This document shows positions 40,812 to 52,910 of a stretch of DNA of 64,000 nt, piece after piece. Under the pieces are notes generated by a model. That model saw nothing but the letters and a program-made list of their open reading frames with translations. It ran no database searches and was not told where the DNA came from. The stretch lies in NCBI GenBank assembly GCA_002245135.1, contig NGBS01000293.1, forward strand, positions 248,001 to 312,000. Reading direction: 5' to 3'. Source of the stretch: Proteromonas lacertae (lineage: Eukaryota). The stretch's first letter is position 1; every line of letters starts with the position of its first letter. Both the position numbers and the translations under genes were made by a program.

Positions 40812-43318
40812 TAATTACTATTAGATAAAAAGAGATTATGATAAAGCAGTTCATTATGCCAATAAAGCATTCAAAATGGATGAAAGTAATATTTATTCAA
40901 TTAATGCATTAGGTTGGGTTAATTTTGTATTACAAAAGTATATATATATATAAATTCATTTTATTATTTTATTATATTAATTAGATATCAAGATTCTTGT
41001 ACTTTATTCAATTCTTCACTAATGCTTAAAAGTGATTCTATTACTAGTAATATTGGATATAGTTTATGTTTAATAAAAATGAGAAAATATAATGAAATAT
41101 TTAGATATATTAATAAATGTTTTTGTTGTAATGATCCTAGTTGGAAGTTACTATGTAATATTGGGAATTATTATCGAGTATATATATATATATATATTAA
41201 TATTAATAAATATGAATAGTATACTAACAATTATGTAGAATCATTAAAGTATTATCTTTTAGCATTGAAAAAGAATCCTACAAATTCATATATATACAAT
41301 AATATTGGAGTTATTTATCATTTATTACATCATTATAAGAAAGCTTATTATTGTTATATTACAGCAATATCTTTTAGTAATAGTTGCTGTAGTAGTTCAC
41401 ATTGTAATTTGGGTTGTATTTTATATGAATTTGAAAGAGAAAAAGAATCAATAGATGAGATGGAATTATCCATAAAGAATGATAAAACTGTTATTAAATC
41501 TTACTACAATTTAGCTGTCATTTATTTTAATAAAAAGAATTATTCAGAAACAATAAAATACTGTAAAATGTTATTGAAATATGATAAACAGTTTAGTGAA
41601 TGTTATTTATTATTAGGAATGTGCTATTTTTACACATTAAAGTATAACGAAGCAATAAAATGTTTTAATCAAAGTATTGAATTGTATAGCCAAATATCTC
41701 CAGAGATTTATGGATATTTGGCTTGTTGCTGTTCTTCACTTTGTATGGAGAAGGATAAAGAAAGATATAAAAAGAAATTGGATGGATATTTAAATCATTA
41801 TTTAATGATTAAAAATGATGAACATATTCCATCAACAATGACTCCATACTACTTGTTATTGTATATTCATATATATAATATATATATATATATATATAAT
41901 ATATTGAATATAGATTGAATTATAATCCTGAAATAATACTTAGACTATCTCAACATATTTTCAAATATAAATTTCCATCATTATCAATACAAATTAAACC
42001 AGTTTTTACTAATTATTTCCTTCGTTCAAAACAGTTAAATATTGGATTTATATCATCATGGAATGGATGTAGACAAGCTAGAGTGGCAATGTTACAAATA
42101 TGTAAATATATATCACATAAAAAAGTATATTTATTTATTATCTTATTTATGTTTTTTTTAATAGTATAATGTAATATGTTTTAATCTCTATAATAATCCT
42201 CATTCTACACATCAAAATTTCCAGAGAATAGTTAGAAAAATATCAAACAGGTTTGTTGATTTAGATGGAAAATCAATGTATATTATATATATATATATAT
42301 ATTACTAGTAAAGAGATACAACATGAAATAAATGAAAATAAAATCCATATATTAATATATTTAGATGGTTATTACAACTCAGCAATGATTAAAATGTTAA
42401 AATATCGATATGCTCCACTTCAAATTAGTTATATGTATCCTTCAACTTTGGGTAATAATAATTTTGATTATATTCTTACAGATCCTTTATTAACACCACC
42501 AGAAACAGTATATATATCCTATTGATTTTTCTTATTATATTCATTTTATATATAGCAACAATATTTTACAGAGAAATTTCTTCCATTAAAGAATTGTTTT
42601 ATTCGATTGAATAGAAATGACAGTGATATAGTTGTAACAGATATAAACAATGAAAATCCATTCAATATTCCTGAGAATAAGATAATTATAGGATGTTTTA
42701 ATAAAATGATCAAATATAGTTATGAAATGAGACAAACTTGGTATAAAATATTGAGCAAAACAGTTGATTCAGTTTTAATATTAATAAAAAACAATGAGAA
42801 TGAAACAAATGCAATATATGAAGAATCAAATGAATATAAAATAGATAAAAGTAGAATTATGTTTGTAGATATAAAATCAAGGAAAGATTTTCTTATTCTT
42901 TTAAATCGTTGTGATTTATGTTTTGATAGTGATTTAGTCAACGGATTTAATACAAGTATTGATTGTATTTTGAATGGAATTCCATTTGTATTTATTTTTA
43001 TTGTTTATTTATATTATGAAAATAGCTAAGTTTAGAAGGAAATATATATCATAAGAGATTTGGAGTGAGTTTATTAAATTATTCAAATCTAGGAGAATGT
43101 ATAGCTAAAGATTATGAAGATTTTGAAAAGAAAGCACTTTTTATTGTATATTATAATTATGATTATATTTGTATTAGATAAATACAAGAAGATATACGGA
43201 ATTTGAAGAAAGATTAATCACTATGTACAATGATATTTTTGATGTTGAGAGTTATGTAAATGAGTTAGAATCATCATTAGATACTGCATGGGATAGCTAT
43301 ATGAAAAGTTTAAAATAG
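39929..43318 (+). CDS. TPR-containing O-GlcNAc transferase / SPINDLY-like GT41 protein, divergent, many introns
   Basis: Many TPRs, then LNIGFISS, IHILIYLDGY, APLQISYMYPSTLG..FDYILTD, GCFNKMIK, DLCFDS..NGFNTS. Confidence 0.82.
40753..40812 (+). repeat. (TAT)n microsatellite inside an intron
   Basis: About 19 TAT units; the poly-Tyr in the ORF track is intronic. Confidence 0.9.
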
Positions 43319-43444
43319 ATTGTTGATTTGTTTTGATGTGTTTTTTTGTTAATTGAATAAAGAGTCGTTTTGAGATTCATTTTGATTTGAAAATTTGCTT
43401 TTTTCTCTTTATTTATTTGTTTTGTAAACTGAATAATTGCATAT

Positions 43445-43950
43445 ATGGAGGATGGAGATTCTGAATTTATCCAATCTTTGTTTTGTAGGAGAGAATTAAG
43501 CGAAATTGATCCAAATTTTGACAACTCACATGAAAATCATCTTATATTTGATAGTTTGTACGATGAGAAACTAATAGGAAAGGTAAGAATGTTAATTAAT
43601 GATGAAAATACAGAGTTATACAGTATGTGGAAGATAGGAAGTTCATTATGTGGACATCCAAAAGTAGTACATGGTGGTTTGATCAATACACTCTTTATTG
43701 AATCTGCACTTACTTTATTTAGGTCTTACAATGGATATTATGATAATAATCTTAGTAATTGTAGAGTACTTTATTTAGCCCCAACATTACCAAACCAAAC
43801 TGTTGTTATAAATGTTAAATTAAAGAAAATAGAAAATGATCAATTCTATTATTATTGTCAAATGCATACTGACACTGTATATACAAACTATATATTGTTA
43901 TTGAATAGAATAAATTGCTATGTGAAGCTCATTGTTATTTAAATAAGTAA
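43445..43950 (+). CDS. Hotdog-fold (PaaI/THEM4-like) thioesterase
   Basis: LCGHPKVVHGGLI and YLAPT motifs; 3' intron at 43877-43908. Confidence 0.82.
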
Positions 43951-44077
43951 ATTTTATGTTTTATGATTAATTTGTATAAAACTATCACAAAAAAATAACA
44001 CAACTTTTAAAAAAACTAATGTATAAATTAAAGGGTAATATATAATACGTAGTTAATAATATATACTCATAATGATC

Positions 44078-45080
44078 TTATAGATTTTCAATTTCCATAT
44101 CACTATCATTATCACTTATATCTTCACCAACTTCTGACGATTCAGTGATGGATTTCCCAAATCCGCCAACATTATGCTTCATTGAATGGTTCAATGGTTT
44201 TAATTTCTGTTTAATTGGTGTTAATTTTACATGTCTAAACAATACTTTATCTGTAGCAGTTATTGCTGGATTATTATTATTATTATTATTATTATTTGAA
44301 ATTATAGGTGAAACAATTCTATCATTGTTATTATTATAAGGATTTCTCAGTGGTGTTAATGGAGTGAGTGATGTTCTTTTAGCTTGTGATAATGTCGATG
44401 ATGATATCTCCTGAATGGATATTGGAGATGGCTTATACTTTGTAACTGAATTAGGAGGTAAAATCGGTGGCGTAGTTGGTGTTGACTTTAATAATGCATT
44501 TGAATTGTTATTATTATTTGGTATACAACTTGGTCGTTCTATTTGTCCTAATGATACTCTCTTTGGTGTTCGCATCATGAATGAAGCGTTTAATTCTGTC
44601 AACGAATCTTTCTGAAGTGTTTTAGTTATTGGAGTTACAATAATTGTATGTTTTTTATGACGAGTTGGTAATGTAACTAATAAATTACAGAGATTTGTGA
44701 GATGATTGAGTAATGTGAGGTTTGGAATTTCAAGAGTATGTCTTAAGTGCTTTTGATTCTCACGAAAGTAAGATAAAAAGTATTTAATTATCCTAGTTCG
44801 AAGAGGATTGGCGATTTTTGGACATATTCTGACCATTAACTGTTGGATTACCTCGAATACACTGGAATTTTGCCACATATATTCAGTCAAATCCTCTTCA
44901 CTCATTGAATCAACTGAATCACCAAAATCGGTTAATATACGAAATAAATTGTTTATTTCTTCAGATCTTTTTATTTTGATATTCTCATCGATTTCTTTTT
45001 GGTGTTCTTGGGTTTCTTTATCACTCTTACTTGAATTGTTGCTAACAAATATAAAAAGCAATATAATACGTTGTACTCAT
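44078..45080 (-). CDS. Hypothetical protein with a P/S/T/N-rich C-terminus
   Basis: ATG at 45080, a short intron, then a long open frame. Confidence 0.7.
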
Positions 45081-45243
45081 CAATTCACAAAGAATAAGCA
45101 AATTTCAGGTCAAAATACAATGCCAAACAAAAGACTGTTGTGAAAATGAAAAAGCTTTCAAGCTTATGGCTTGATTGAATGAAAAACTGATTTTTTATTT
45201 TCTTTTATTCCAAACACAAAAAATACGATAAATACGATAAATA

Positions 45244-47585
45244 TTAACCCATGTTCTTCTTTTTCTCAGAAAATTGCTCCAAATTATGTTTCTATCATTA
45301 TAATCGAAATAACTATACAAGATTCTCTATTCGACCTTTATAATCATTAATATGATGTAAGAATATTGCTGATTTATCTTCTACATCTATTAATAACCCC
45401 TTCTTTACTAATCCTCCACTTCCAAAATGATGTTTTATCTTATACTCACTTACATCAAACACTACTTCTGGATTATTCTTCTTTAACTCTTCTACTTCTA
45501 TTTGTAAACACTAATATAATATAAAGACAAAAGATACTTTGTGTTTTTCATCTATTTCTATCATATCTTCTTTATATTTCTCTGTTAGTTGTTTATTCAA
45601 TGATATTGTCCTATTAACTAACAAATAATAATAATATTTATAATAATATACATTCATCGTTTTCATTCTGTAATCTTTCTACTTCATATCTTAAATCTAA
45701 ATTCTTCTCTCTTGCTTCTTCTAATTCTTTTCTATTCGGTTTGTTCTTTTCCACATATTTATTTTCTTGCTCATTTAATAATTCCTCGGCATTTTCTACT
45801 TTTTTTGAATTTTCACTACAAATGTTTAATTGAGTTTCATATTTTGTTATTTTCAATTTTTGATCAATTGCTTCTATCTCTTTATGTAATAGATTATATC
45901 TTTCTCTGTAGATTTTCAGTATATATTCATTAGAAATCTATAAATATAAGCAAACACATTGATAAATATACAGCTTGATAATGATCTGTTAATTCAACTA
46001 TTCTATTTGATAATCTCACTAATTCGCATTTGTTTATATCTACATTTTCACTAATATTATATTAATATAATATGACTATAATTATACTCTTTTTCAATAT
46101 CAATTTCTTTCTCAATTTCAATATCTCTTTCCTTTATTTCTTTATGATAATCTTTATCAAAGTTATCTAAATAAGTAGAGCAATTTCTTGTTTCATTTAA
46201 TATGTAATTCTCAGGAAGTTTATTGAATTCTAATAAATGAATCTTTTCTCTAAACATACAATAAATAAAATGTTTAAATAATACAGTGATTCTATTATTG
46301 ATTGATTATAATATTGAATATAATAATGAAACATTGAGCTTGACAAAATTGGATAAGACTATATAGAATAATAATAAATATAAATTACATTTATTCTTTT
46401 TACAAATGAAGATATGGTTAATAACTTTATACATAAATCTATATTCTTTGTACTTATAAAAGTAATAAATGAATTAAAACAATTTCCTAATAAACTATCA
46501 CTAATTAAAGATGTGAAAATTGAATAATCTGGAAATGGAATATAATTATTATTATCTTTGTCATTATCATAATTATATATATCTTTTTGTATATTCTTAC
46601 AAAATCCAATGTAATTTCTTTTTTTGATGATTTCTTCTTCATCCATTTCAACAAGTTCAAGTCTTGGATTTGTCATGTTATTATTATATTGTATTAAATC
46701 AAGATCTATAATTGATAATTAATAATAATAAATAGATATATAATATACTTTCCATTATTATTATTTTATAACATGATTTTAGTTTATACTTCTTATTCTT
46801 TAATGTTTGTTCAAATACAATTATTCCATTTTCTCTCTTATTTTCATCTATATTTTTCTTTACTATTTCTAAATGCTTTGTAAAATCAAATGAATCGTGG
46901 ATTCTTATATCTTTTATTCCTTCTATTATATAATTATACTCTTTGGTTTGAATGACTTTTAAATTATCATTTTCTGTTTCATATAAATCTAATACACTAT
47001 CATTATATAACAAATAATATTTTGTATAAAGATGATAATTAGATTTGTCTGGACATTTATTGAAATATAAATCACTCCACTATAAAATATTATAAAATAT
47101 TTTATATACTATATGTAGTATTGACATTGTTGGATTTTCTGGATTAAATATTAATTCAATTGGATTTAATGATGTATCAGAAAAAACATATTGACAAACT
47201 ATTAACATATATCTATATGATATATGCATACCATTGAAACTATTAACAAAATTATCGATGTTTTGTCTTACTTGCTAAAAATAATAAAATAATTTAAAAT
47301 ACTACATACATTAGTTTATTTCTTTGAATGATGGATAATATTCAATAGTAGAAAAGGGGAGATGACAACTTTCTCTCTTTGAATCATCTTTATATACCAC
47401 TTTTATTATATTTTCATTTCTTGCAATAATTCTTTCTTCAGATTCATCTGTTATTATAGAATAAAACAAGAAAATATACCATTCTCATACTTCAACAGTA
47501 TTAAATCCTATTTTCATAAATATTACATGTATACATTAGTATGAAAAGGTATAGGATCATAAATATGTTCATCATATAAAGCCAT
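45244..47585 (-). CDS. Degenerate kinesin-like protein with a coiled-coil tail, many introns
   Basis: LYNDSVLDL, IIEGIKDIRI and YIPFPDYSIFTSLISDSLLGNC align with kinesin motor motifs; P-loop and switch motifs are not recognisable. Confidence 0.65.
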
Positions 47586-47646
47586 AAAAACGATTTTTAA
47601 TTTATGGTTAGTCAAAATTTTCAAACCACAACATTTTTCAAAAAAA

Positions 47647-49434
47647 ATGAATAAACGAAAGCAATGGCAATCTATTGGTTTTAACAATTTATTGCAGAAA
47701 GTGATGAGTTTGGATAATATTTCAGAAGAAAATATAAATAGATATGTAAGATTAGTGTTATTTCTCTTTAGAAGAGCATATTGGATAGATTAAAAGGTTT
47801 AAAAGCATCAATTATACCATATGAATGGAAATATATAGAAATCCCCAAAACAATAATTCTGTTTATGAATAAATACAAAGCTTTAGATGATATTGAATGT
47901 GTTAAAATCGTTAATGAACGAGAATGATCGTCTAGAAATGATGAAAAGTATAGCCAAAACAATGTTAGTCCTTCACACTGAAAATATAATTCATGGTAAT
48001 TTAAAACTCTCAAATCTATTAATAGATGAAGAAAATGATATTTTTATATCTGATATTAGTCAATACTTAATATATCCTGCAATTGAATGTGAAAAATACA
48101 AATGTAATAAAGAAATTCACAACTATTTAAGTCCAAACTTACTGAAAGGCAAATCAGTAGAAAAATATGATGATATTTGGTCATTCTGTTGCATATTATA
48201 TAGACTAGTAAAAATCAATGAAGATGCATTTGAAGGAGAATCAATAAGTGAATTGATTAATAATATAATAAATATCAATTATCCTCCAGTTGTTATTCAC
48301 AATTCCATTTGAAATTAGAAATATATTATTTAAATGTTTTAACAAAAAGAATAAAAAAACAGTGAAATTTTAATTGGATATATAATGAGTTAATAAAAAT
48401 TGAAAATAAACATGAGTTATACACAGGTGAAAAATGTGATTTAAATGTCGAAGATCTACTTACAAATATTGGAAGAAGATGGTAATGAATTGAATAAGAA
48501 ATACATTTTAGATACAATCAATGAAAGTGAAGGTATAATAATAATTAATAATGTGTATAGAATATCGAGATATCTTCTTATTTGAAAATATAAACAAATA
48601 CATAAACAATGAGATATATTTGAGATTAGCAATTGATGCAGTGTTATTTAATCCTAAAAAATACAGAGGTACAGTTGCTAGAAGCAGTACAAAAGAGTGC
48701 AAAAAATAAAAAGATAATTAAATATATGGTTGATTCTATAAAAGATGAAAAAAATATACTAGAATATACAGGTAAAGATTATGAAAATATAAACATAAAT
48801 TTCAATTATCTTCTATCCCTTTATAATCTAAAAACATTAAAAATTACTAGTATATATATTTCATTTTTTCATATATAGATTATACTTTTAGTGAAGAAAA
48901 AACTCTTGAATTCCAACCATTAATTGAATCTTTACATTTTTTAAAACATTTATCATTATCAAGTATATATATATATATAATATTGTAATAATAATAGATA
49001 ATAAATTGACAGATATATTTATAACGTTATGTTTCTCCAGAATATCCACAGAAATGAAATATCTGAATGTGTTGGATATATCGAATAATCGAATAAGTAA
49101 AACAGGATTAAGAATATTCAAAAGTAAAATGAAATATTTTCCTTCTTTAAAAACCCTTAATCTATCAAGTATTTATAATTTAAATATTATTATTTGAATA
49201 GATAATCCAATTTTGGATAGTGGATTTGAAGAGTTGAGTGAATGTTTTAGTGATTTGAAGATGTTAAATTGTTTGTATATATCAAAATGTATAATTAAAA
49301 GAATAAATGAAAGTATTAGTATATTAAATGATTTAAAAGAATTGCATTTAGAGAATAATTTACTATCAAATGAGTGTAAAGAAGAAGTTAAACATTTTTT
49401 ATCAAATATGAAAGAATTAAAACTATTTTTGTAA
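47647..49434 (+). CDS. Pseudokinase fused to LRRs (several frameshifts)
   Basis: HGNLKLSNL, SDI, YLSP, DDIWSF; LRR exons 48879-48962 (84 nt) and 48998-49168 (171 nt). Confidence 0.75.
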
Positions 49435-49555
49435 ATTCTATTGTTCATTTTTATTTGTTTTATAATCAAATGATACTATAACCCACTCTATATTCACATT
49501 ATTTTATTTTCATAAATAGAGTCGTTTCATAAATTATTCAAAATAAATTATCTCA

Positions 49556-50534
49556 ATGAGGAAGTCATTACTGTTGATCATGATAACTTCAATAGCTATG
49601 TTTGCCTGTTTTATGATGTTTTATACTGTTAGCATGCTAATAAACTCAACTGAAGAACAAAACTCTAAGCATATAAGAAAGAATAGTGATAAAGATTTTA
49701 TGACAATAGAAGAGTTGAAAGACAGTGGATATACATTTACAGCTAAAAATATAGAAACTGATGAAATTATCTTACCTAATAGCTCTAATAAAGTATGGGA
49801 AAAGCCTTATGATATATTGATAGTATATATTGATTGTTGGCACTCCAACTATGCACATCCTCCTTGGCATCCAGAAAAGAGTTCTTTTCCTCTATATAAA
49901 CTAGAATGTGATATGAAAACGAACTGGAAAGGAATTCGAGAAGGTGGAATGATGATTGATTTCTTTCTAAAATTTTACAAAGAAGCAATAGCAAAGAAAT
50001 ACATATTTATTCACAGTCATGATATTTCTTGGCATTATAAAACGAATATATTTGATAGAATAAACTATATAGTAACAACGAAGTATTATAAAAATAATGA
50101 ATTTGGAGGGATATTTTGTAAATATAACTATTTTGGAATAGATAAAAATGATATATTAAACATGGAAGGAGTGAAAGCCAGTTGATGATTATTTAAGTGA
50201 ATTTAAAGAAGTGAAATATTCAATCCAAACTCAAATAAATGAGAAACATATATCTGTATGTTGTTCAACATTTTTTATAACTCCTCAAATAATAAAATGT
50301 CAATCATTTGATTATTATTTAAAACTGAAAACTCATTTAGTTGATTATGTAAAAATGAAAAGTAATAATAATGAAAATGATGATGAAGTATTTAATCATA
50401 ATCGTTGGGCTGCAATCTGGTTAGAATCGATGTGGCATCAATTATTTAATATAAAACGAATGAAATTTCCTCCCAAATGTGAGATAGAAATAATACATGA
50501 AGAAGCTTTTGATTTAATAAACAATGAAGAATAA
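49556..50534 (+). CDS. DUF3431-like type-II membrane protein (one frameshift near 50175)
   Basis: N-terminal transmembrane segment; REGGMMIDF, IFIHSH..SWH, CCSTFFI, LESMWHQLF. Confidence 0.7.
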
Positions 50535-50566
50535 TTTAATATGTAATAATAATAATAGTAATGTTA

Positions 50567-52692
50567 TTAATGTAATTCATTTTCAATTTTGTAATGATAT
50601 TGTTCAAAATTTGCATAAACAGTTGCTCCAACTGCAGATACTTCACAAGGATTAATATCTCTACATATTCTTGAATATTTAAAATTTTCCCCCAATAATT
50701 CCCGTATTTTTGGTATTATTGATGATACACCACATAAAACAATGTAATGAAATATCACTTTGGTGATAAATTACATTCATTCAATACATTATAAACTATC
50801 TTCATTGTTTTGTTGAATATATCTTTACCAATATAGACTTCAAATGCTGATCTACTAAGCATAGTATCAATATCCATCATCTTCAAGTAGGTCAAAAATC
50901 AATATCAGCTTCTTCACTTACTTTCGAACTTAAACGACATTTTAAAGCTTCACATTCCCATTGTAGTTCACAGATTTGTTTGGGTTTTAATTTCTTTCCA
51001 CTTTCTCTTTCATATAATTCTTTATAATAATTTACTAATGCATTGTCTATATCATCTCCACCTAAATTCAAATCATTTTCATATCCAATTATTCTTATTG
51101 TTTTATTATCATGATTTACATTACATATTGTTACATCAAATCGACTTTTGGTAAAATTATAAACCAAATAATTATCATTTCCACTCTTTCTACTTTGTCG
51201 ATAATATATATAAGCAGTTATTGCAGATATTGGTTCAGGAATTAAAGCGATTACTTCTATATTAGCTTTCTCACATGCAATCTCTGTTTCAATTTTTTGA
51301 TTTTCTGTGAAATGTAATGGATAGGTTATTACTGCTTTGGTTGTTAAGTTCTGCATCTATGACCAATAAATATATCTGCATTTTCTTTTATTCTTTTCAC
51401 AATTTGAGATGTTATATCAGTTGCAGTAAGATGGATTATTTTCTTATTGTGTTGTAATTCGATTTTAGGAATTCCATTTTCATTTATTACTTTGAATTGC
51501 CATTTCTTCATTCCTTCTTGAATAATTGGATTATTATATAAAAAACCAATAAATCTTTGACTATCATAAACAACATTTGATTTTTCAGGATTTGATCTAT
51601 ACTTAGCAATATTACCAACAACAACTTCATCACGATTTGGATAATAATAAACATAATTAGGTAAAGTTTTACTACCATTTTCATAAGGCACAATTTGAAC
51701 TCTTCCACTTTTAACTACTCCACAAACTGAACTTGACATTCCAATATTTATTCCTATTATTTCTGGATTATATGGCAATTTGGGATTTGGATTATCTAGA
51801 AATGGAACACTGGAAATATAGACTATTTTGCTTATTTCTATTATATTATAATATTATTATTATTATACTTTCTAATTCAATTATTAAATCACTTATTGAC
51901 ATTCTTTCTTCACTTTTATATAATATTATCTTATCTAATAATCCATTCAATTCGTCTGAAAATTCACATTCCAATCGCTTATACTCACATTTTATCATCT
52001 TCTCATGAATATCAAATATCGATTTTCCATTGAATATTCTTGATCCACTCAATAATAAATATAATATACAGCCTATACTCCAAATATCACTTTTATCATT
52101 CATCTCTTTATTTTCGATTGTCTCTGGACTCATGTATATCATCTTTTCTTTTAACATACTATCTATCATTTCTTCTTCACTGTTTTTATATAATAATACC
52201 TTACAATAATCACTTAATCTTATATTCTTTTCATCAAATAATATGTTAAATGGATTTAAATTACCATTTATTATACCATTTTCATGAATTTTCATTGTAC
52301 CTTTACAAATTGGCATTATTATATCAAATATGCCACTTTCACGAAAATATTCGACTGGATTCTTTATCTCATATAAACTCTTTACATATTTTGGACTTAT
52401 CAGATACAAATAGTTATTCTCATTCACTATTTTAGTATAACTCACAAGTTCTTCGACTTTTTAAACCACTTAACATACTAATACTGCTCATATATGCATT
52501 TACATCTTCTTCAGCAAGTCTATCAGTATTAATTACTTTAATTATCTCACTTTCATGAGTTGTTTTGTTAAACACTTCAAATAAACTACAGTTTATTAGT
52601 CTCTTCATCTAGTCACTATATTATCATCATATATACTTCATAGTTTTCATATCTAGATTATTAAAAGTAGGAATAGTCACCTGCATACTCAT
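50567..52692 (-). CDS. Pseudokinase fused to an Hsp70-type ATPase domain (frameshifted)
   Basis: NGNLNPFNI, YMSPE, SDIWSIG. The 31-nt intron 51838-51868 joins it in frame to IIGINIG..AVITYP..LIPEPISA..LGGDDID..IVLCG..NPCEVSAVGA. Confidence 0.75.
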
Positions 52693-52910
52693 AAAAATTC
52701 AAAACAAAAAAGAATAGATTTCTTTTAAAATACATTTCATCAAATCTATACAATTTCCTATATATATCTCATTTCTATTTTGACTTTATGAATTATATTC
52801 GTTTCATTTCAAACAAGCATCAAACATCTATCATTTGTATATCAACAAACAATTTCAATACAACAAAAATAAATATCAATATCATTTATAAATATCATTC
52901 ATTCAAACAC

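Noticed and set aside
45511..45537. GTATCTTT donor resembling a U12 5' site
   Set aside because: The intron is 27 nt, GT-AG, with no TCYTTAA branch box, so it fits the major class.
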